Positions 39,851 to 51,400 of a DNA stretch of 64,000 nt are shown in pieces. Numbering within the stretch: position 1 is the stretch's first letter; the number at the start of each line of letters is the position of its first letter. Position numbers and translations under genes: made by a program. Under the pieces are notes generated by a model. The model searched no databases, was not told the origin of the DNA, and saw only the letters and a program-made list of their open reading frames with translations. The stretch spans positions 5,642,001 to 5,706,000 of the forward strand of contig NC_091475.1 of assembly GCF_036971445.1 (NCBI RefSeq). Direction: 5' to 3'. The stretch comes from Narcine bancroftii. Lineage: Eukaryota.

Positions 39851-41075
39851 TACAATAGTTTCTGACCCAGCTTTCTCCCTCACACATAAAAATAAATAAA
39901 TTTCTACAGCGCTCTTCAGCAACATTTGAAAATGATAGGTAAAACATGAAAATCAGTAGACATAATTGTATGCTGGAGAATGCTGGCAAAACTCAGCAGG
40001 TCAAACAGTGGCCATTATATAGCAAAGGTAAAAATACATAACTGATGCCCCAGCTTCAACCCTTCATCAAGGTATGGAAAAATGTCAGCAGGCGTCCGAA
40101 CAAAAGAGTAAAGGGTGAGGGGGGGGGAAGGTGTGGTCACAAAGGCAGGAGGTGATAGGTGGAGAAGGGAGGGAGGGAACAGCAGTGATCAAGGGGAAGA
40201 GGGATGGCTGGGAGAAGGGAGGGAACAGGAGAGCAGGTTAGCAGAAACCAGATGCACCAACTGTACTCAAGAAGACTTAAAAGATTATGTTTATTTCAGC
40301 TTTACGTTTAGTTGTGTGGCCAGATTATGTAAAGCAACTCAACACAAGGCAGAGCTGAAAGCTGAGAGATTCCAGTCTAGTGGTTGTCATTTTTGTCACC
40401 AACAATAAGAGATGAAATGACTGATTTTGGGAAGTTGCGACCAATGGTTTTATTGTGCAGCTCCCTTGCAGGCAGTTAATGATCAGCATGAATTTAATAG
40501 ACAGGAAGAAATCTCAAAGGTGGGAAAAAAAATTGAAGGAAGGTTTACTAATTAAATTCATTCACTATTAATTAGTGTCAACGATTTGTCTCTTGAGCTT
40601 TGTATTAATGGCGTGCTTTCGTTTGGATTGAAGATCGATTTAAAATTTAAAGAACAGGAAGTTTTCAGAAATATTTAGACTTCAAACTTGTCAGTCGAAA
40701 TTCCCAAAACAAACCAATATTAACACAATATTCTGAGATAGCCGAGATGGGCCTCATGTTTTTTTTTCCCCACGAAATAATGTTTCATCTGACTCAGCCT
40801 AGACCCATCGCAACTGACGCCAGACACCAAGTGCTTTAATGAGCAAACGAGATTTTTTTTTTATTTAAATGAGCGTTTGCTAAAATACTTGTATTGGATT
40901 CCAGCCTTTGGGCAAGAGAGCAAAGTAACCATCGGAGAGGACAGAAACAAAGTCTGCAGCCCCGGGGGAAGGGGATGGCATTATGTGGAGGGAACGTTAG
41001 TCGATGGAATCGATCCTCAAGTTTGGATTTTGCGTTACTGATTGAATGGCTCGATGCCACTGCTCCCGACGGCTT

Positions 41076-42089
41076 TTAGTAGGGTTTTTTCCCGCTTGAA
41101 CTTCTTGTAACAATTGGCGTTCGAAGGAATGGTTGAGTTTTCTGCGCAGTTGAAACCTTCTTGAAATACTTGAAGATGGAGTGGAAGCAGGATGCAGGAG
41201 CCAAGTCGTGGTCCTCGGTGCCCGCGGAAACGTGCGCGCACTCCATCTTCACGGACGCGACCGGCTTGTCCAGAGGCTTGGCACTCAGTGCCCAGTGCCG
41301 GCAATGCCTTCCAACCCAGTTGCGCTCTGTCTGGCCAACATTTTGATGGTCTGCGTCGTGATTAGAATTGATGAAGGCCACAGCGTACACTTTGGTCATT
41401 ACATCCGAATATTCGGATAACAGGTTAACGAATGCCAAGCCTCCATAGCCGTGAGCGATGAAAGCCACACTGGCGGCAGCACACTTGGATATAAAGTGTT
41501 CCCAGATGTAGAAAGTATGTTGTTCACCACTTGCCAGCTCCCATCCCTTTTCCATTTTTACTTTGGATTCGTTTGAAGCATACTCCGGGTCCATGCAATT
41601 CTTTGGCTTAATGGCCACGAAGTTGTGGTTCGGGTTGAGTACAATGACTTGGTAGTGCTCCCGGAGAGCCCGCTTCACGTAAGGAATTTGGGTGCCAGTG
41701 TCCAGGCCATCGTGCACAATCAACTGCTGCGACCACGCACCGGCCCTCATGACCCCGCGGTCTTGGAAGAGAACTATCAACTTGGAAGGATTGTTCAGGG
41801 CACCTTCGCTCACGAAGCAGAAACTCCTCGCCTCATCTTTTGCGGCATCTGCAGGAATATACAGTCGTTTCAGTCGACAATCCTCCAATAGTTCATACAC
41901 GTATTCAGCCAAAACTGTTCCAAAGGCAGCGTACCACTGGTGGTTCAAAATCATTGCATTATACTGCTTGAAAACAAATGGCTGGTTGGTTTTGGTGTGC
42001 CTCAACTGGCCCTTTTCGTTGAAAAAGTACTTGAAGTCTTCAAGTCGTTTGGCATTTTCCAGTTGTTTAAGAATCATTCGTTCTTCCAT
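41076..42089 (-). CDS. FAM172B: FAM172B / ARB2B-like Arb2-domain protein, intronless, 337 aa from the first ATG
   Basis: FAM172-family motifs LEDFKYFFNEKGQLRH, YVYELLE, GVMRAGAWSQQLIVHDGLDTGTQIPYVKRA, VIVLNPN, EQHTFYIWEHFI, AHGYGGLAFV, VSAGTEDH. The ORF-track start at 42104 is GTG; the first ATG is at 42089. Position and strand match human FAM172BP next to TRMT10C. Confidence 0.88.
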   Translation of the reverse strand: MEERMILKQLENAKRLEDFKYFFNEKGQLRHTKTNQPFVFKQYNAMILNHQWYAAFGTVLAEYVYELLEDCRLKRLYIPADAAKDEARSFCFVSEGALNNPSKLIVLFQDRGVMRAGAWSQQLIVHDGLDTGTQIPYVKRALREHYQVIVLNPNHNFVAIKPKNCMDPEYASNESKVKMEKGWELASGEQHTFYIWEHFISKCAAASVAFIAHGYGGLAFVNLLSEYSDVMTKVYAVAFINSNHDADHQNVGQTERNWVGRHCRHWALSAKPLDKPVASVKMECAHVSAGTEDHDLAPASCFHSIFKYFKKVSTAQKTQPFLRTPIVTRSSSGKKPY

Positions 42090-43711
42090 TTTCCGAAATA
42101 GCACCAGACCGCCGGCACGGACTCTTATCTAAATGCGAACAGGCTCTCATACAGGTCCGCACTTCCAAAAATAACCTCATCTAAATGTTCATAACGCTTT
42201 GTTTCAAGAGCTAGCCTTTATTTATCCGGACGGAAATGACTTACTTCAACAATATCGTATCAATCAATATTAATTAAACAATCAATTATTAACTATTATC
42301 GTGTAAAATAGAGACAAGTAATTTGGTTCAATTAATACGTCCATAGATTTGCAACATTTGTAATCTCATTTGCAAAACAAAAATCCAAATTTGACATTTA
42401 ACTGGAGTTCAATTTTTTTTCTGAAGTGGAGCAATTAACTAGTCAAAGAAAATTTGAATAATTAATTCACCTCTACTTAATATACTGTATAGTTCATCTA
42501 CACATTTCAAGGCCCAAGAATAAGCATAATTCTTTAGAGCAATCAATTTTGGGCTTGATTTACAACTCATCATTGTGTGCTAGACACAGTCTGATTGAAA
42601 GTGGTGCATCGAATACATTTTTTCCAAAGTTAAACTTGCTTGAATTTATCCAGATATCAATTCACTCTGTGATAAATATAAAATTTAGGGTCATGCCCTA
42701 AATTTCAAAAATTTTGGACTGATATCTTTAGAACTTTTTTTGACCTTTTTAGGAATTAATTTGGATCCATGTCTGCTAATTGCAATGTTTGGCTTTTCCA
42801 GAGACAAACATAAAACTATCTTCTAATCAAAGACAGGTTTTTAGCATTCTCCACTTTACAAGCAAGAAGAGCAATATTTGTGAAAATGGAGAGAGGAGTT
42901 CCCACCCACTCACAGACAATGGCTATCAGACATTGTTATGAGCCCAAAGGACCCCAAAACCCAGCAGTAATAGATATTCATTATGGCAAATGCCTACTTA
43001 AACAAATGTTTTTAATTATCTTTAAACATGAAAACAGAATCAAACTTTAACATCACTATTAACTTAAGTATCCTAACTTAACCCCTTTCTAATTCTAAGC
43101 ACATGTGTGCAAATTTAAGAAAAGTTATTTGGTTCACAGTTTAATCTCACTTCTCATTCTTCCAAGTTCACTGGTTGCAGGCAATTCTTATACTGTGCAC
43201 AGAATTTAACATGTATAAAGTTCATCAGGCTTTGGTGCTCAAAAGGTAAATGGTTACTGCTCAGGAAGATTCTTGTTGGTTTTCAGAGAAATTTGTTGTT
43301 CTAGGACATCTACAACTGATGTACTTCTATCAGCCACTTCAGTGTCTTGCTGAAGAAACTTGCCCCATCAGGGTTCTCCAGATGATAACCTCTTTCTTTC
43401 AGGTCACCACAGAGTTTCTTTTTTTTAACTTATTCCAAGTGAAATATTAGACAGCCAGTCCTCTCCTCTTGCATGAAGCACAAGGATTTGTCCAGGCCGT
43501 CTTCCATATCGGCTTTCCACAAGTTTGCTAGCTTGTCCTGTTCCAGTCCCAGCTGATGTTGCTGGCTGTAACACTATAGAAGTGATCTCTGTGTGTGTGT
43601 GTGTCTCTCTCGCTCTCTGAGAGAGTTTGTTTGACTCTCTCTGCTTGCAAAACCACATGGCCCTCTTAGAACAAGTTCTCTTCCAGACAATCTGGGGCAC
43701 CAACAAGATAT

Positions 43712-45172
43712 CATCGCACAGAGTCAGCATGGTTTTGTGAAGGAGAAGTCATGTCTGACGAATCTAATAGAGTTTTTTGAGGATGTAACGAGTAGAGTGG
43801 ATAGGGGAGAACCAGTGGATCTGATATATCTGGACTTTAGTAAGGTGTTTGATAAGGTTCCGCATAGAAGACTGACGAATAAACTTAGAGCACGGTATTG
43901 GAGGTATGGAATTAAGGTGGATTGAGAATTGGTTGAGGGTGCACTTTAAATGAATGGGGGGGGAGGTAGGGAGGGTGGGATGGGAGGAGGGGGGGGGAGA
44001 AAACGACACTGTATATATTTAAAAAGGAAAATGTATGTATCTTGGTCAATGTGGTTTATGGTGTGAAAAATAAAAAATTTAAAAAAAAGAGAATTGGTTG
44101 AGGGAAAGGAAGCAAAGAGTAGGAATAAATGGGTTCTTTTCAGAATGGCAGCCAGTGACTAGTGGGGTAGCACAGGGCTCAGTGCTGGGGCCGCAGTTGT
44201 TTACGATATATATCAACGACTTAGATGTGGGAATAAATAGCATTATCTCGAAATTTGCAGACGATACGAAGTTGGGTGGTAGGGTTAGTTGTGTGGAGGA
44301 TTCTAGGAGAGTGCAGGGTGATTTGGACAAGTTAGGCGAGTGGGCCAGTATGTGGCAGATGCAGTATAATGTGGATAAATGCAAGGTTATCCACTTTGGA
44401 GGTAAGAACAGGAAAGAGGATTATTATTTAAATGGTATCTGTTTTGGAAAAGGGGAAATGCAGCGAGACTTGGGTGTTGATGTGCCTCAGACGTTGAAAG
44501 TGGTATTACAGGTGCAGCAGGTGGTGAGGAGGGCGAATGGTATGTTGGTGTTCATAGCAAGAGGATTTGAGTACAGGAGTAGGGAGATCCTGCTGCAGCT
44601 GTACAGGGCCTTGGTGAGACCACACCTGGAGTACTGCGAGCAGTTTTGGTTGCCTTATCTGAGGAAGGATATCCTTGCCTTGGAGGGGGTGCAGAGAAGG
44701 TTCACTAGGCTGATACCAGGGATGGAGGGGCTCGCATATGAAGAAAGGTTGGATAGACTAGGCTTGTATTCTCTGAAATTTAGAAGATTGAAGGAGGATC
44801 TTATAGAAACTTATAAAATTCTTAAGGGTTTAGACAAACTAGATGCAGGAAGGTTGTTTCCAGTGCTGGGAAAAACCAGAGCCAGGGGCCATAGTTTAAG
44901 GATAAGGGGGAAGATTTTTAGGACTCAGATCAGGAAAAATTTCTTCTCTCAGAGAGTGGTAAATGTGTGGAATTCTTTGCCACAGGAAGTAGTTGAGGCC
45001 GGTTCCCTGTCAATATTTAAGTGTAGGTTAGATTTGGTCCTTGTGACCAAGGGGATTAGGGTGTATGGCGAGAAGCCAGGAACCGGGTACTGCTCAGCCA
45101 TGATCACAATGAATGGTGGTGTAGGTTTGAAGGGCCAAATGGCCTACTCCTACATCTATTTTCTATGTTTCT
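43712..45172 (+). mobile_element. Young 5'-truncated CR1 LINE (RT domain)
   Basis: KSCLTNLIEFFE, DLIYLDFSKVFDKVPH, SGVAQGSVLGPQLFTIYINDL, SKFADDTKL, LYRALVRPHLEYC; 358 codons open; TTCTATGTTTCTA tail. Confidence 0.95.
43940..44088 (+). mobile_element. 5'-truncated L1-clade tail nested in the CR1
   Basis: Perfect 16-bp TSD GAGAATTGGTTGAGGG (43924-43939 and 44089-44104); AATAAA followed by an A-rich tail. Confidence 0.9.
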
Positions 45173-45459
45173 AAGATCTTTCATCTGTTTCCTTTTTTAA
45201 ACAGCAATCCATTAGTGAAGTCTCTTGAGCTCCCTTCAAAGTTCTTGCAAAATCTGTGGAGCTAGTATGTCTAGTATGGGGCAGAGCTGCAGTATTTCAA
45301 ATAAAATATGTTTTGAAGTGTTTGTATGTAACCTATTCTAACAAACCTTTTCCAATTTATCTCCGAAAAACATATCTATATACTGTCACAAGAAGAACTT
45401 GAACTCACACTCAAGTACAGCCTGAGCTGTTCCCACCTTCCCTGAAGTTACCTGCCTCT

Positions 45460-48400
45460 GGTACAGAGGGATGAGTTTATAGAGGGAGGGGTACAGGTGG
45501 ATGTGTTTATAGAGAGAGGGTGTACAGAGGGATGTGTTTATAGAGAGGGGGGTACAGAGGGATGTGTTTATAGAGTGAGGGGTACAGGTGGATGTGTTTA
45601 TAGAGAGAGGGTGTACAGAGGGATGTGTTTATAGAGATAGGGGTACAGGGGGATGTGTTTATAGAGAGGGGGTACAGGAGAATGTGTTTATAGAGGGAGG
45701 GGTACAGAGGGATGTGTTTATAGAGGGAGGGGTACAGGGGATGTGTTTATAGAGGGAGGGGTACAGGGGATGTGTTTATAGAGAGGGGGGGTACAGAGGG
45801 ATGTGTTTATAGAGGGAGGGGTACAGGTGGATGTGTTTATAGAGAGAGGGTGTACAGAGGGATGTGTTTATAGAGATAGGGGTACAGGGGGATGTGTTTA
45901 TAGAGAGGGGGTACAGGGGAATGTGTTTATAGAGGGAGGGGTACAGAGGGATGTGTTTATAGAGGGAGGGGTACAGGGGATGTGTTTATAGAGGGAGGGG
46001 TACAGGGGATGTGTTTATAGAGAGGGGGGGTACAGGGGGATGTGTTTGTAGAGGGAGGGGTACAGGGGATGTGTTTATAGAGGGAGGGGTACAGGGGGAT
46101 GTGTTTATAGAGAGGGGGGGTACAGGGAATGTGTTTATAGAGAGGGTGGTACAGGGGGATGTGTTTAGAGGGAGGGGTACAGGGGGATGTGTTTATAGAG
46201 GGAGGGGAACAGGGGGATGTGTTTATAGGGAGGGGGGGTACAGGGGAATGTGTTTATAGAGAGGGGGTACAGGGGGATGTGTTTATAGAGAGGGGGTTAC
46301 AGGGGGATGTGTTTATAGAGAGGGAGGGGTACAGGGGATGTGTTTATAGAGAGGGGGGTACAGGGGGATGTGTTTATAGAGAGGGGGTACAGGGCGATGT
46401 GTTTAAAGAGAGGGAGGGGTACAGGGGGATGTGTTTATAGAGAGGGAGGGGTACAGGGGATGTGTTTATAGAGAGGGGGGTACAGGGGGATGTGTTTATA
46501 GAGAGGGGGTACAGGGGATGTGTTTATAGAGAGGGGGATACAGGGGATGTGTTTATAGAGAGGGGGTACAGGGGGATGTGTTTATAGAGGGAGGGGTACA
46601 GGGGGATGTGTTTTTAAAGGGAGGGGTACAGGGGAATGTATTTATAGAGAGGGGGGTACAGGGGGATGTGTTTATAGAGAGGGGGTACAGGGGGATGTGT
46701 TTAAAGAGAGGGAGGGGTACAGGGGGATGTGTTTATAGAGAGGGAGGGGTACAGGGGATGTGTTTATAGAGAGGGGGGTACAGGGGGATGTGTTTATAGA
46801 GAGGGGGTACAGGGGGATGTGTTTATAGAGAGGGGGGTACAGGGGATGTGTTTATAGAGAGGGGGTACAGGGGGATGTGTTTATAGAGAGGGGGGTACAG
46901 GGGGATGTGTTTATAGAGGGAGGGGTACAGGGGGATGTGTTTATAAAGGGAGGGGTACAGGGGGATGTGTTTATAGAGAGGGGGTACAGGGGATGTGTTT
47001 ATAGAGAGGGGGTACAGGGGGATATGTTTATAGAGAGGGGGGTACAGGGGAATGTGTTTATAGAGAGGGGGGTACAGGGGGATGTGTTTATAGAGAGGGG
47101 AGTACAGGGGGTTGTGTTTATAGAGGGGAGTACAGGGGGATGTGTTTATAGAGAGGGGGTACAGGGGGATGTGTTTATAGAGAGGGGGGGTACAGGGAAT
47201 GTGTTTATAGAGAGGGGGTACAGGGGATGTGTTTGTAGAGAGGGGGTACAGGGGATGTGTTTATAGAGAGGGGGTACAGGGGATGTGTTTGTAGAGAGGG
47301 GGGTACAGGGGATGTGTTTATAGAGAGGGGGTACAGGGGGTTGTGTTTATAGCGAGGGGGTGTACAAGGGATGTGTTTATAGAGGGGGGGTACAGGGGGA
47401 TGTGTTTATAGAGAGGGGTACAAGGGATGTGTTTATAGAGGGGGGGGGTACAGGTGGATGTGTTTATAGAGAGAGGGTGTACAGAGGGATGTGTTTATAG
47501 AGAGGGGGGTACAGAGGGATGTGTTTATAGAGGGAGGGGTACAGGAGGATGTGTTTATAGAGAGGGGGGTACAGGGGGATGTGTTTATAGAGGGAGGGGT
47601 ACAGGGGGATGTGTTTATAAAGGGAGGGGTACAGGGGAATGTGTTTATAGAGAGGGGGGTACAGGGGGATGTGTTTATAGAGAGGGTGTACAGGGGGATG
47701 TGTTTAAAGAGAGGGAGGGGTACAGGGGGATGTGTTTATAGAGAGGGAGGGGTACAGGAGATGTGTTTATAGAGAGGGGGGTACAGGGGGATGTGTTTAT
47801 AGAGAGGGGGTACAGGGGGATGTGTTTATAGAGAGGGGGGTACAGGGGATGTGTTTATAGAGAGGGGGTACAGGGGGATGTGTTTATAGAGAGGGGGGTA
47901 CAGGGGGATGTGTTTATAGAGGAAGGGGTACAGGGTGATGTGTTTATAAAGGGAGGGGTACAGGGGGATGTGTTTATAGAGAGGGGGTACAGGGGATGTG
48001 TTTATAGAGAGGGGGTACAGGGGGATATGTTTATAGAGAGGGGGGTACAGGGGAATGTGTTTATAGAGAGGGGGGTACAGGGGGATGTGTTTATAGAGAG
48101 GGGAGTACAGGGGGTTGTGTTTATAGAGGGGAGTACAGCGGGATGTGTTTATAGAGAGGGGGTACAGGGGGATGTGTTTATAGAGAAGGGGGGTACAGGG
48201 GATGTGTTTATAGAGAGGGGGTACAGGGGATGTGTTTGTAGAGAGGGGGGTACAGGGGATGTGTTTATAGAGAGGGGGTACAGGGGATGTGTTTGTAGAG
48301 AGGGGGGTACAGGGGATGTGTTTATAGAGAGGGGGTACAGGGGGTTGTGTTTATAGCGAGGGGGTGTACAAGGGATGTGTTTATAGAGGGGGGGTACAGG

Positions 48401-51400
48401 GGTATGTGTTTATAGAGAGGGGGGTACAAGGGATGTGTTTATAGAGGGGGGGGTACAGGGGGATGTGTTTATAGAGCGAGGGTGTACAGAGGGATGTGTT
48501 TATAGAGAGGGGGGTACAGAGGGATGTGTTTATAGAGGGAGGGGTACAGGGGGATGTGTTTATAGAGTGGGGGGTACAGGGGGATGTGTTTATAGAGGGA
48601 GGGGTACAGGGGGATGTGTTTATAAAGGGAGGGGTACAGGGGAATGTGTTTATAGGGGGGTACAGGGGGATGTGTTTAAAGAGAGGGAGGGGTACAGGGG
48701 GATGTGTTTATAGAGAGGGAGGGGTACAGGGGATGTGTTTATAGAGAGGGGGGTACAGGGGGATGTGTTTATAGAGAGGGGGGTACAGGGGGATGTGTTT
48801 ATAGAGAGGGGAGTACAGGGGGTTGTGTTTATAGAGGGGAGTACAGGGGGATGTGTTTATAGAGAGGGGGTACAGGGGGATGTGTTTATAGAGAGGGGGG
48901 TACAGGGGGATGTGTTTATAGAGAGGGGAATACAGGGGGTTGTGTTTATAGAGGGGAGTACAGGGGGATGTGTTTATAGAGAGGGGGTACAGGGGGATGT
49001 GTTTATAGAGAGGGGGGGTACAGGGGATGTGTTTATAGAGAGGGGGTACAGGGGATGTGTTTGTAGAGAGGGGGGTACAGGGGATGTGTTTATAGAGAGG
49101 GGGTACGGGGGATGTGTTTGTGGAGAGGGGGGTACAGGGGATGTGTTTATAGAGAGGGGGTACAGGGGGTTGTGTTTATAGCGAGGGGGTGTACAAGGGA
49201 TGTGTTTATAGAGGGGGGGTACAGGGGGATGTGTTTATAGAGAGGGGGGTACAAGGGATGTGTTTATAGAGGGGGGGGTACAGGGGGATGTGTTTATAGA
49301 GCGAGGGTGTACAGAGGGATGTGTTTATAGAGAGGGGGGTACAGAGGGATGTGTTTATAGAGGGAGGGGTACAGGGGGATGTGTTTATAGAGAGGGGGGT
49401 ACAGGGGGATGTGTTTATAGAGGGAGGGGTACAGGGGGATGTGTTTATAAAGGGAGGGGTACAGGGGAATGTGTTTATAGAGAGGGGGGTACAGGGGGAT
49501 GTGTTTATAGAGAGGGGAGTACAGGGGGTTGTGTTTATAGAGGGGAGTACAGGGGGATGTGTTTATAGAGAGGGGGTACAGGGGGATGTCTTTATAGAGA
49601 GGGGGGGTACAGGGGATGTGTTTATAGAGAGGGGGTACAGGGGATGTGTTTGTAGAGAGGGGGGTACAGGGGATGTGTTTATAGAGAGGGGGTACAGGGG
49701 ATGTGTTTGTAGAGAGGGGGGTACAGGGGATGTGTTTATAGAGAGGGGGTACAGGGGGTTGTGTTTATAGCGAGGGGGTGTACAAGGGATGTGTTTATAG
49801 AGGGGGGGTACAGGGGGATGTGTTTATAGAGAGGGGGGTACAAGGGATGTGTTTATAGAGGGGGGGGGTACAGGGGGATGTGTTTATAGAGCGAGGGTGT
49901 ACAGAGGGATGTGTTTATAGAGAGGGGGGTACAGAGGGATGTGTTTATAGAGGGAGGGGTACAGGGGGATGTGTTTATAGAGAGGGGGGTACAGGGGGAT
50001 GTGTTTATAGAGGGAGGGGTACAGGGGGATGTGTTTATAAAGGGAGGGGTACAGGGGAATGTGTTTATAGAGAGGGGGGTACAGGGGGATGTGTTTAAAG
50101 AGAGGGAGGGGTACAGGGGGATGTGTTTATAGAGAGGGAGGGGTACAGGGGATGTGTTTATAGAGAGGGGGGTACAGGGGGATGTGTTTATAGAGATGGG
50201 GGTACAGGGGGATGTGTTTATAGAGAGGGGAGTACAGGGGGTTGTGTTTATAGAGGGGAGTACAGGGGGATGTGTTTATAGAGAGGGGGTACAGGGGGAT
50301 GTGTTTATAGAGAGGGGGGGTACAGGGGGATGTGTTTATAGAGAGGGGAGTACAGGGGGTTGTGTTTATAGAGGGGGAGTACAGGGGGATGTGTTTATAG
50401 AGAGGGGGTACAGGGGGATGTGTTTATAGAGAGGGGGGGTGCAGGGGATGTGTTTATAGAGAGGGGGTACAGGGGATGTGTTTGTAGAGAGGGGGGTACA
50501 GGGGATGTGTTTATAGAGAGGGGGTACAGGGGATGTGTTTGTAGAGAGGGGGGTACAGGGGATGTGTTTATAGAGAGGGGGTACAGGGGGTTGTGTTTAT
50601 AGTGAGGGGGTGTACAAGGGATGTGTTTATAGAGGGGGGTACAGGGGGATGTGTTTATAGAGAGGGGGGTACAAGGGATGTGTTTATAGAGGGGGGGGGT
50701 ACAGGGGGATGTGTTTATAGAGCGAGGGTGTACAGAGGGATGTGTTTATAGAGAGGGGGGTACAGAGGGATGTGTTTATAGAGGGAGGGGTACAGGGGGA
50801 TGTGTTTATAGAGAGGGGGGTACAGGGGGATGTGTTTATAGAGGGAGGGGTACAGGGGAATGTGTTTATAAAGGGAGGGGTACAGGGGAATGTGTTTATA
50901 GAGAGGGGGGTACAGGGGGATGTGTTTATAGAGAGGGTGTACAGGGGGATGTGTTTAAAGAGAGGGAGGGGTACAGGGGGATGTGTTTATAGAGAGGGAG
51001 GGGTACAGGGGATGTGTTTATAGAGAGGGGGGTACAGGGGGATGTGTTTATAGAGAGGGGGTACAGGGGGATGTGTTTATAGAGAGGGGGGTACAGGGGA
51101 TGTGTTTATAGAGAGGGGGTACAGGGGGATGTGTTTATAGAGAGGGGGGTACAGGGGGATGTGTTTATAGAGGGAGGGGTACAGGGTGATGTGTTTATAA
51201 AGGGAGGGGTACAGGGGGATGTGTTTATAGAGAGGGGGTACAGGGGATGTGTTTATAGAGAGGGGGTACAGGGGGATATGTTTATAGAGAGGGGGGTACA
51301 GGGGAATGTGTTTATAGAGAAGGGGGTACAGGGGGATGTGTTTATAGAGAGGGGAGTACAGGGGGTTGTGTTTATAGAGTGGAGTACAGGGGGATGTGTT

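Larger units (their letters stand above)
42934..45390 (-). mobile_element. Solo LTR-like element (copy 3) split by a CR1 insertion
   Basis: TGTTA...TCACA termini; 42934-43711 and ~45173-45390 align with 9240-10211. Confidence 0.7.

Noticed and set aside
44098-45174. 358-aa reverse transcriptase ORF as a domesticated gene or novel RT system
   Set aside because: Ordinary 5'-truncated CR1 ORF2, interrupted upstream by an L1 tail and lacking endonuclease and promoter.
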